Positions 56,287 through 64,000 of a stretch of 64,000 bases of DNA are shown piece after piece; position 1 is the stretch's first letter, and every line of letters begins with the position of its first letter. The notes beneath the pieces were generated by a model. It ran no database searches. It worked only from the letters and a program-made list of their open reading frames with translations, and was not told the DNA's origin. A program made the position numbers and the translations under genes. The DNA comes from a virus. The stretch lies in the IMG/VR virus record IMGVR_UViG_3300028394_000035; one strand, written 5' to 3'.

Positions 56287-56741
56287 ATTTGAATGCCCAA
56301 ATCACGTTCGGTAAAAATACGAAATTCCCAGTTTCTATCTTTACAATATTCACGACAAGCTTCCCATTTTGCTTGATTTACTACCCAAGTTTTAACTGCA
56401 TATGCCCAAGATTTTGTTCGGTTTGGTGGATTTGTGGGTGGTTCTTTTAAATCTTTAGCTGGTTTAATTTCTACAACTACTATTCTTATATTTCCGTCTT
56501 TATCTTTATATTTCAGTTTCATATCTGGAAAATATCTATGTACTTTTTTGTCTACTGGTGATACATAAGGAACCCAAAATTCTTCACTTTGATATGAAAT
56601 TATATTTTCAGTCAAATCACAATAATGAAACATTTTGAGTTCATAAGAACTACGGTATATAATATTTGTTGGGTCTCCATTATATTTTTCTGGATGCTTT
56701 GGTTTGAACTTTCCCTGTTTGTAATTTTTATTTGCAGACAT
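56283..56741 (-). CDS. gp4: Head completion nuclease
   Basis: KYNGDPTNIIYRSSYE, HRYFPD, VEIKP, NQAKWEA. Confidence 0.92.
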   Translation of the reverse strand: MSANKNYKQGKFKPKHPEKYNGDPTNIIYRSSYELKMFHYCDLTENIISYQSEEFWVPYVSPVDKKVHRYFPDMKLKYKDKDGNIRIVVVEIKPAKDLKEPPTNPPNRTKSWAYAVKTWVVNQAKWEACREYCKDRNWEFRIFTERDLGIQI

Positions 56742-56775
56742 ACATATAATATAACAATTCCATCAACATATTTAG

Positions 56776-57525
56776 ATGGCTACTGCTCCAAAAAAAGGAA
56801 AACCAGATATAGGTCCATTATACATTAGAATGACTACCCCATCACCGGATGGGTCACTTCCAGGTGCAAGGGATATATTTGGAAAACTTTCAGTTACAAG
56901 TCAATTTAAAGTATCTCTTCATCTTACTAATTATGATAGGGATTTGATGGGTTGGTTATCGACTTGTGGATTAACTAATGATGTAAGAACCGCAAATACA
57001 TTTGATTTTTTTTGTAGCGAAACTGCACTTCCTGGTGCAACATTTGATATGGCTGAAGAAAGTGGAAGCCGTCAAGGAATTATAGAAAGATTTCCAACAA
57101 GAAGAATATATCCAGATTTTACGATGACTTTTTATGTTGATTATGATTATAAAATAATTCGTTTATTTGAAGAATGGATGAATTATATTAATCCAATTTA
57201 TAATTCATCTGGTATTGTTTCTGCAGATGCAACCGGACAAGGAAATGCAAAAGATAGTCAAGATTTTTTTAGATTTAAATATCCAGATACTTATAAAAGA
57301 ATTATTTCTGTAACTAAATTTGAAAGGGACTTTTTGGAAAATCCAAATGAACCAGGTGGTCCAACAATTACACAACCCACAATAACTTATAGAATGATCG
57401 ACTCATTTCCTACAAATATTACAGCACTTCCATTATCTTATGAAGGAAGTACGATTACAAAAACGACAGTTTCTTTTAGTTATGCAAGATACCTAATTGA
57501 AAAAAATAATGGTTCTAGGAAATAA
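56776..57525 (+). CDS. Tail-tube-like baseplate protein (gp54/gp19-like)
   Basis: FFCSETALPG, FYVDYDY...FEEWM, FPTNI..LPLSY, TVSFSY. Confidence 0.75.
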   Translation: MATAPKKGKPDIGPLYIRMTTPSPDGSLPGARDIFGKLSVTSQFKVSLHLTNYDRDLMGWLSTCGLTNDVRTANTFDFFCSETALPGATFDMAEESGSRQGIIERFPTRRIYPDFTMTFYVDYDYKIIRLFEEWMNYINPIYNSSGIVSADATGQGNAKDSQDFFRFKYPDTYKRIISVTKFERDFLENPNEPGGPTITQPTITYRMIDSFPTNITALPLSYEGSTITKTTVSFSYARYLIEKNNGSRK

Positions 57526-57552
57526 TAAATAACATTACTGAAGATATATAAA

Positions 57553-58281
57553 ATGACCCTGCCTAAGATTTCAACACCACAATATGAATTGATTTTACCA
57601 TCAACAGGAAAATCAGTTAAATATCGTCCATTTCTCGTAAAAGAAGAAAAAATATTACTTTTAGCACTTGAAAGTCAAGATACAAAACAGATTACAAATG
57701 CAATTAAGCAAGTATTAAAGGATTGTATTTTAACTAGATTAATTAAAGTAGAAGAACTACCTACTTTTGATATTGAATATATTTTCTTGAATATTCGTGG
57801 TAAATCTGTTGGAGAAAGTGTTGATTTGATTATTACTTGTAGTGATGATGGAGTAACCGAAGTTCCTGTAAAAATTTATATTGATGAAATACAAGTTCAA
57901 AGAAATGAAAAGCACACAACCGATATTCGTCTTGATGATAAATTGACGTTAAGAATGAAATATCCTTCATTAGAACAATTTATTAAGTCTAACTTTGATT
58001 TTAGTGAAGAAAAAACAATTTCAAATATTGATAAATCTTTTGATATTATTTCATCTTGTATTGATGTAGTGTTTTCGCAAGAAGATAGTTGGGCAGCAGC
58101 AGATTGCACATCAAAAGAATTAAAGGATTGGATTGAAACTTTAACGGCACAGCAATTCAAAGAAATTGAAACATTCTTTGAAACAATGCCGAAACTTGCA
58201 CATACTATCAAAGTAACTAATCCAAATACAAAAGTAGAAAGCGAAGTTACGTTGGAGGGATTAACCAGTTTTTTCGGCTGA
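57553..58281 (+). CDS. gp26: Baseplate hub assembly protein
   Basis: LPKI.TP.YEL.LPS, YRPFLVKEEK.LL, FDIEYIFLNIRGKSVGE, LEGLTSFF. Confidence 0.9.
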   Translation: MTLPKISTPQYELILPSTGKSVKYRPFLVKEEKILLLALESQDTKQITNAIKQVLKDCILTRLIKVEELPTFDIEYIFLNIRGKSVGESVDLIITCSDDGVTEVPVKIYIDEIQVQRNEKHTTDIRLDDKLTLRMKYPSLEQFIKSNFDFSEEKTISNIDKSFDIISSCIDVVFSQEDSWAAADCTSKELKDWIETLTAQQFKEIETFFETMPKLAHTIKVTNPNTKVESEVTLEGLTSFFG

Positions 58282-58309
58282 TTATGGCTCATATGGAATT
58301 GGAGTCATA
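58269..58309 (+). promoter_or_regulatory. Candidate -1 ribosomal frameshift signal (gp26 to gp51)
   Basis: T_TTT_TTC heptamer, 7-nt spacer, 8-bp stem TATGGCTC/GAGTCATA. Confidence 0.6.
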
Positions 58310-58463
58310 TTTTAGGCTTAACTTTGCTTTGATGCAGTATCATAAATATTCTTTGACGGAAATAGAAAATCTAATTCCTTGGGAGAGAGACATTTATGTT
58401 ACATTATTGCAACAACATATAGAAGAAGAAAATCTCAAACAACAACAATCAAATGGCTCTTAG
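58284..58463 (+). CDS. gp51: Baseplate hub assembly catalyst (59 aa; not in ORF track)
   Basis: NFALMQYHKYSLTEIENLIPWERDIYV. Confidence 0.9.
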   Translation: MAHMELESYFRLNFALMQYHKYSLTEIENLIPWERDIYVTLLQQHIEEENLKQQQSNGS

Positions 58464-60240
58464 TTCTGTTATTAATCCCGAAGTTATTACAGGAAAAAAG
58501 AAGCCTAATCTTTTAAGAGCGCAGAATTTTATTTCTGGTGGTTCTTCTGTAGGTGCAGGTGTACTTGGATCAGCAGCAAATAAGATTGTTAATTTTCAAA
58601 GAGCAGGAGTTCAACCATCACCAGTAGACGTTAGTAGTATTGTAAAGTCAATATCTACTGGAGTAGTTAGTAATTTCAATAATCAAGCACAGACAATCAA
58701 TAATTCAGTTACAAATGTTATTAGTAAATCTATTAGTAATTTTTCAAAAGATTATCAAGACCGAATTAAAAAAGTAGATGAAGCAAAACCAACAGGCATA
58801 CTTCAAAAGATTTTAGGTCTTTATAGAGATGTAATAGGATTTATTCAATTTTTTGGAAAAAGAAAATTTGTAGAAGGTTTAAGAGATAATTTAAAAGCAC
58901 TTCAAAAATCATTTACCGACAGTTTTGAAGTTGCAAAACTTATTCGTCAAGTAATTATTAAAATTGTAAAACAATTATCAAATCTTCCAAAAGCAAGTCC
59001 ATCTGGTGGCGGGGGCATCAATCTTGATGTTGATGTTCCTGGTGGTGGATTGAAAAAAACAGCGCCAAGAGGACTTAACAGAAGAATGAGAGGAGGCAAA
59101 ATGCTTGCTCTTGGCGCTGGTGCTCTTGGATTGGGTGCTGCTGGTGCTGCTGCAACAAACGCTCTTTCGGGAAGTGATGCAGTTCAACCTGGAAGTCCTG
59201 CTCCAGAAATACCTGGAAATTTACTTGATGGATTGACTGCTGTTATTGATAGATTTTCAAAAGCAATTGATAGTTTAGTTAAAGGTAGTTCTGGTAAGAA
59301 AACGTCTGGGTCTTCTGGGGGTGGTGGCGGAAGTACTGGAAAAATAGAAAAACCAAAGGCAACTCCTGGTGCTACTCCTGGTGCTCCTGATAGTAATATC
59401 CAAGCTTCTCCTGGTGGAACAAAAACAGCAGAAGAAATGGCATTAGTGCAAACTGTAATGCAACAAGAGGGAGCTGATTACACTACTGTATACGGAGGGA
59501 AAAAAGTTCCAAAATTGACTGAAATGACATTGGGGGAAGTGTATGATGCATCAAAATTGGGAGGTAGTGATCGTATTCCTAATAGATTGGGTGGTGGAGT
59601 TATTCCTTATGCAAAGGACAAATATAATTCTAGTGCAACCGGTGCTCCACAACTAATGCCAGATACACTCAAAGGATTACTTGACTCTAGAAAATTCAAT
59701 AGAGATCAAAAATTTAGTCCAGAAGTTCAAAATGAAATAATTCTTACACTTGCAAGAGGAAGAGGGATTGACCCAACAAAACCTTTAAGTAAAAAAGATA
59801 TTGATCTTCTTGGTCAAGAATGGGCGAGTTTTACTCAATTTCATGGTCAATCAAAAAATACAGCTGGATCTACACTTCAGGTGTATCAAAAAAATCTAGA
59901 AAAAATTAAAAAGGAAGGATTCGTAGCACAACCAGCAGTACAGGCATCATCAGCACCACCAGCACAAGCACAAGCAGCACCATCAGCACAAGCACAAGTA
60001 GCACAAAGAGTATCAACTGTCTCTCAACCAGCACAACAAAAACCTCAAGTGAACTATCTTCCTATTGATATGAGTGGTGGTGGTGAGCAACAGGCACAAC
60101 AATCACCAGGCGGTGGGGATATTTCTGCTCCATCTCCAACACCACAATCTGGTCCTAGTGTTCCATTTCTGTCTGCTACAAATACTGATAATTTTTTAGT
60201 TCTTTATTCAAGAATGGTTTATAATATTGTGGACGGATAA
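58453..60240 (+). CDS. Tape-measure-like tail protein with lambda-type (GH104-like) lysozyme domain
   Basis: QEGADY.TVYGG, EMTLGEV, SSATGAPQLMPDTL, FSPEVQ, QEWASF. Confidence 0.75.
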   Translation: MALSSVINPEVITGKKKPNLLRAQNFISGGSSVGAGVLGSAANKIVNFQRAGVQPSPVDVSSIVKSISTGVVSNFNNQAQTINNSVTNVISKSISNFSKDYQDRIKKVDEAKPTGILQKILGLYRDVIGFIQFFGKRKFVEGLRDNLKALQKSFTDSFEVAKLIRQVIIKIVKQLSNLPKASPSGGGGINLDVDVPGGGLKKTAPRGLNRRMRGGKMLALGAGALGLGAAGAAATNALSGSDAVQPGSPAPEIPGNLLDGLTAVIDRFSKAIDSLVKGSSGKKTSGSSGGGGGSTGKIEKPKATPGATPGAPDSNIQASPGGTKTAEEMALVQTVMQQEGADYTTVYGGKKVPKLTEMTLGEVYDASKLGGSDRIPNRLGGGVIPYAKDKYNSSATGAPQLMPDTLKGLLDSRKFNRDQKFSPEVQNEIILTLARGRGIDPTKPLSKKDIDLLGQEWASFTQFHGQSKNTAGSTLQVYQKNLEKIKKEGFVAQPAVQASSAPPAQAQAAPSAQAQVAQRVSTVSQPAQQKPQVNYLPIDMSGGGEQQAQQSPGGGDISAPSPTPQSGPSVPFLSATNTDNFLVLYSRMVYNIVDG

Positions 60241-62096
60241 TGGCTAAATTACTTTCTTCGCCACTTGTTTCTGCTTCTAATAATATTGTTCTTTTTGCAA
60301 AAGGAACAAAAACTTTACCTAAGGTACAAAAAGAATTAGTTCAGTTTAATCAATTTTTGCAATTCAAAACTGTCGAACTTGAAAAACTTAAACTTCCAGA
60401 AAAGAAAAAAATAAAAGAACTTGCAAATTTAAATATTGCATCATCATTTGGAGCACCTGGTGGATTATTAAGATCACTTGCAAGTGGAGCACTTGATGTT
60501 GCTGGTTTCTTGGGAAATATGTTTCCATCAAAAGGAAAAACAGGAAAACCAGGAAAAGTACCAAAAAAAATAAAAGTACCAAAACCAGTAGTGAGAGGTT
60601 CAAAATTAAAACTTGGTGGAATAAGAGCAGTAGGAGTTGTAAATGCTTTATTCGCTGGACTTGATTTTGCGACTGGATTGCAAGAAGGGGAAAGTGTAGG
60701 AAAAGCAGCAGCAGGTGCTGGCGGTTCTCTTGCTGGAAGTTTACTTGGTGGTGTAATAGGTCAGACACTTATTCCAATACCTGGAGTTGGATTTGTACTT
60801 GGAAGTATGGCTGGTGGATTTTTAGGTGGTTATGCTGCTGATAGAGTATATGAAGGCGGAAGTTCTATAAAGAAAAAATTAGACGAAAGACTAAAAAAAC
60901 AAGAAACAAAACAAAAAGGAGCAGCAGCTAATAGTGGTAATTTTGGTGATATGGTAAGCAAATTTAGTTCTGCTGTAAGTAAATTTGAACAAGGTATTTC
61001 TTCTGGTTTATTTGGAACTGTAGAACAGAGTGGAAATCAACCAATGGAAGATGTTATTGGTTCTGTTGAAACTTCTTATGATACGCAACAGAAAGACCAA
61101 CAACAAATCGAAGCAGAAGAAACATATTCTGCGGAAGGTGGAGATAAACCATCATCAAATTTTACTTCAGCTTTTGGTTGGAGATGGAAAAGAATGCATA
61201 GTGGAGTAGATTTTGCAAGTCCATCTGCATCTGCTCCTGTATCAGTCATACAACCAGGAATTATTGATACTGGTTATGAAGGTGGATATGGAAATTGGGT
61301 TGCTGTTAAACACGATAATGGAGCAGAAACTTTTTACGGTCATTTGAGTAAAGTGGAGGTGAAAAAAGGACAAAGAATAGAAGCAGGAACAGTCATTGGA
61401 AATCAGGGAAACACAGGACGTTCTAAGGGAGCTCACGTTCACTTTGAATATAGACCAGGTGGACCAGGAACAAAAGCAGTAGATGGTCGTGGAGTTGCTG
61501 ATAGTTATTTTAGATTTGGAGGACAAGTTAAAGTAAAGAAAAGTCAAGAGAAAAAAACAAAAACAGATGCAGATAAAAAACTAGGGGAAGTTTCTACTGA
61601 TTATCAACAAAAACCAAAAACAGGACAACAATTTTTTGCAGAACAAAAACAAATTACAGGAATTAAACCAGAACTTCAACCATCGGAACTTTATAAAGAC
61701 ACCAAAATACAAGAAATGGTAAAAAGTCCAGAAAAATACAAAGAAGGGATTGATAATATTCAAGGTGATAAAAAAATGGTGGTTGGGAAAATGTATAATG
61801 ATTATCAAAAATATATAAAACAACAAAAAATAATACCACCGCAAGTAGTTCCTACACCACAACAATCAATACAGCAATATCCAACATACAATCAACAACA
61901 ATCAAGTGTAACCATAATGCCTATAATGATGGGAGGAGGTCAAGGTGGTGGAGGTGGACAACAACAAAAACCAGTATTTATTCCTGTTGGTGGTGGCGGA
62001 GGAGGCGGAACTGTAATTCTTCCTGGACCAAGTGAAGGTCAGGTGGTAAATAGTTTAGTCAAAACATTATTACTTACTACTCTTTCTGGATCATAA
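60240..62096 (+). CDS. Tape-measure-like tail protein with M23 peptidase domain
   Basis: Gly/Ala-rich helical repeats; HSGVDF, YGHL, GNTGRS.GAHVHFE. Confidence 0.8.
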   Translation: MAKLLSSPLVSASNNIVLFAKGTKTLPKVQKELVQFNQFLQFKTVELEKLKLPEKKKIKELANLNIASSFGAPGGLLRSLASGALDVAGFLGNMFPSKGKTGKPGKVPKKIKVPKPVVRGSKLKLGGIRAVGVVNALFAGLDFATGLQEGESVGKAAAGAGGSLAGSLLGGVIGQTLIPIPGVGFVLGSMAGGFLGGYAADRVYEGGSSIKKKLDERLKKQETKQKGAAANSGNFGDMVSKFSSAVSKFEQGISSGLFGTVEQSGNQPMEDVIGSVETSYDTQQKDQQQIEAEETYSAEGGDKPSSNFTSAFGWRWKRMHSGVDFASPSASAPVSVIQPGIIDTGYEGGYGNWVAVKHDNGAETFYGHLSKVEVKKGQRIEAGTVIGNQGNTGRSKGAHVHFEYRPGGPGTKAVDGRGVADSYFRFGGQVKVKKSQEKKTKTDADKKLGEVSTDYQQKPKTGQQFFAEQKQITGIKPELQPSELYKDTKIQEMVKSPEKYKEGIDNIQGDKKMVVGKMYNDYQKYIKQQKIIPPQVVPTPQQSIQQYPTYNQQQSSVTIMPIMMGGGQGGGGGQQQKPVFIPVGGGGGGGTVILPGPSEGQVVNSLVKTLLLTTLSGS

Positions 62097-63412
62097 TGTC
62101 TATCGCAGTCGGCGCATTTAGACCAAATTATTTTGGTATACAATCATTAGATGGTAAAAATAAAGTTGATATAACTAACTCACTATTGTTTTTTGATTAT
62201 TTTGAAGATTTGTTATCTCCTTGTATAACTGCAATCGCACAAATAACAAATTCTTCTTCGTTGTTTAATATTCTTCCAATCCGTGGTGGTGAAAAAGTTG
62301 CAATTAGTGTCGATACTGCATTTGGGGAATTTTTATTAGATGGCGATAATGCATTATATGTAACTAAAGTAACTGGTTTAGACGCACAAACACAAAATGA
62401 AACTTTCACTTTACATATGGTTTCACTTGAAGCACTTTCAAATGAAACATCAAGATGCGAAAAAAAATATAATGATGCAACAATTGATATACACGTAAAA
62501 GATATACTAAAAAATGTTTTAAATACAAAAAAATTTGATAATAAAAATATAGAAGTAACATCAAATAGTTATTCTTTTATTTCAAATAACAAAAAACCAT
62601 TTCACATTTTAACTTGGTTGGGACCAAAATCCGTACCTACAACATCAGGTGGAGGTGGAACATCTGGTGAAGGAGAATATGCAGATGCAAAGGGAACTGC
62701 TGGATTTTTATTTTATGAAAACAAAGATGGATTTAATTATAGAAGTATTGATAGTTTAGTTTCAAATACTCAAATACAAAATCAAAGTGCAGATAAAGAA
62801 AAAATAATAACTTATACTTATACACAAGTTATAGAAAATAATACTCAAGCAAACGAATTTAAAATCTTAAATTATGGATTTGAAAAAAATCAAGATTTGA
62901 TGAAAGCATTACGAGTTGGTATGTATGCAAACAAAAGTTATTTTTATGACTTATATTCAAACAGTTTGGATATATACAAATATGTACTAAAGGATGAAAT
63001 TGGAAATAAATTAGGAAATAATAATATTGCAGTTTCTGATGAATTTGGTGATAGTATTAGCCGCATTATGGTTCGTGTTTCAGATCGAGGTGCATTAAAT
63101 AGTAATGGTTCAATTTCTAATAAATTAAGAAGTGGTGCCGATATGGCTAAGTCATATTCAAGATATAATATTTTGTTTACACAAGCACTAAATATGGTTG
63201 TACCTTGTAATGTTTCTTTGAAAATTGGAACTATTATTAATGTAATGTTACCAAGAATAGATAGCACAGATAATAAAGAAAATGACGACGAACAAAGTGG
63301 AAATTATTTAATTAAAGGATTAAGACATCATTTTGAAGGAGGACAAATGATTACTAGTTTAAGATTAATTCGTGATAGTTATGGTCTATATGGATCTAAT
63401 AATATATTTTAA
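62096..63412 (+). CDS. Baseplate hub/tail protein (gp27-like)
   Basis: FDYFEDLLSP, PIRGGEKV, FLFYEN.DGFNY.SID, SGNYLI..LRHHF, LRLIRDS. Confidence 0.7.
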   Translation: MSIAVGAFRPNYFGIQSLDGKNKVDITNSLLFFDYFEDLLSPCITAIAQITNSSSLFNILPIRGGEKVAISVDTAFGEFLLDGDNALYVTKVTGLDAQTQNETFTLHMVSLEALSNETSRCEKKYNDATIDIHVKDILKNVLNTKKFDNKNIEVTSNSYSFISNNKKPFHILTWLGPKSVPTTSGGGGTSGEGEYADAKGTAGFLFYENKDGFNYRSIDSLVSNTQIQNQSADKEKIITYTYTQVIENNTQANEFKILNYGFEKNQDLMKALRVGMYANKSYFYDLYSNSLDIYKYVLKDEIGNKLGNNNIAVSDEFGDSISRIMVRVSDRGALNSNGSISNKLRSGADMAKSYSRYNILFTQALNMVVPCNVSLKIGTIINVMLPRIDSTDNKENDDEQSGNYLIKGLRHHFEGGQMITSLRLIRDSYGLYGSNNIF

Positions 63413-63418
63413 ATAAAA

Positions 63419-64000
63419 ATGATTGAAGAGGCACTTTTAAAATCTAATTATATTGGAAAAGATGGTTTTACTTGGTGGATTGGTCAAGTAGCACATACAT
63501 CTGTTTGGGCGGAAAAATCTGAAATATCTATTGAAGGAACTTGGGGAGCAAGATGTAAAGTTAGAATTATTGGATATCATTCTTTTGATGGAAATATTCT
63601 TCCTGATGAAGATTTACCTTGGGCACAAATACTATTAGATCCTTCTTTTGGAAGTTCGCAGGGAGGAATAGGAGGAACTATACATTTAAGAGGTGGTGAA
63701 ACTTGTTTTGGATTTTTCTTGGATGGAGATGACGGACAACAACCAGTAATTTTTGGATTGCTTTATCGTAGTGAAGGAACTAAAAATTTACAAACAGAAG
63801 ATGCTATAGCAAAAGAAAAAAGTTCAAGATTTAAACCCTTCACCGGTCATCCTGGTAATTTAGTTAAACCATCACAAAGAGATAGTAGAAATTCAAAAAA
63901 TTTAGGAGATGTAGAAACTTCTCCTCTTTCGCAAAAAGATATAACAAATATTGCTTTTAATTCTGATTTTGGATTTTCAAGTTCATTTACTACAAATGTT
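63419..64000 (+). CDS. gp5: Baseplate hub/spike protein N-terminal OB fold (3' truncated by window)
   Basis: GKDGFTWWIGQV, RCKVRIIGYH, DLPWA, GFFLDG.DGQQPVIFG; frame open to window end. Confidence 0.9.
   Translation, partial: MIEEALLKSNYIGKDGFTWWIGQVAHTSVWAEKSEISIEGTWGARCKVRIIGYHSFDGNILPDEDLPWAQILLDPSFGSSQGGIGGTIHLRGGETCFGFFLDGDDGQQPVIFGLLYRSEGTKNLQTEDAIAKEKSSRFKPFTGHPGNLVKPSQRDSRNSKNLGDVETSPLSQKDITNIAFNSDFGFSSSFTTNV

Noticed and set aside
226-63267. Numerous short alternative-frame and antisense ORFs in the track (e.g. 226-618, 4622-5095, 15763-16146, 38113-38412, 45093-45515)
   Set aside because: They lie wholly within well-supported genes and show no recognisable motifs or RBS, so they are treated as shadow ORFs.

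Overview
This is 64 kb of a large, AT-rich T4-like cyanomyovirus genome. The freshwater S-CRM01-like affinity is inferred from gene content only. The standard genetic code fits, and I saw no introns, inteins or CRISPR arrays. In order, the window holds: (1) the replication core (gp43 C-terminus, uvsX, 2OG-Fe(II) oxygenase, gp41, mazG, gp61, nrdAB), interleaved with late-promoter-driven putative head-internal proteins; (2) a GIY-YIG protein, a signal-peptide tail-type lysozyme with a structured leader, three tRNAs, pebS and dps; (3) a ~15.5 kb, 16-gene nucleotide-sugar/glycosyltransferase island; (4) an SLH-beta-barrel outer-membrane protein, hli, and a C39 peptidase/GH24 lysozyme pair; (5) psbA, psbD, HNH, glutaredoxin, an LpxH-like phosphoesterase, thyX, phoH, a Cas4-like exonuclease, gp33, gp59 and gp32; (6) the baseplate/tail module (gp53, gp48, gp2, gp4, gp26, gp51, two tape-measure-like proteins with muralytic domains, a hub protein, and the gp5 start). 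The strongest unexplained signals are two candidate programmed -1 ribosomal frameshifts, each a canonical slippery heptamer with a 3' hairpin 7-8 nt downstream. A_AAA_AAG at 38585-38591 is the only evident way to translate the catalytic N-terminus of the otherwise start-less lysozyme, giving a 387-aa C39-lysozyme fusion. T_TTT_TTC at 58269-58275 would fuse gp26 to gp51 directly upstream of the tape-measure-like genes, as in lambda G/GT. Other notable items: a blood-group-like GT11+GT6+GT25 set, a non-canonical isomerase/kinase/phosphatase/nucleotidyltransferase module, capsid-targeting-like N-termini on a nucleotidyltransferase cluster, terminators whose loops carry -35 boxes, and a homing-endonuclease relic flanked by a duplicated psbA promoter segment. 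All family assignments come from motif recognition by eye; no database searches were run.
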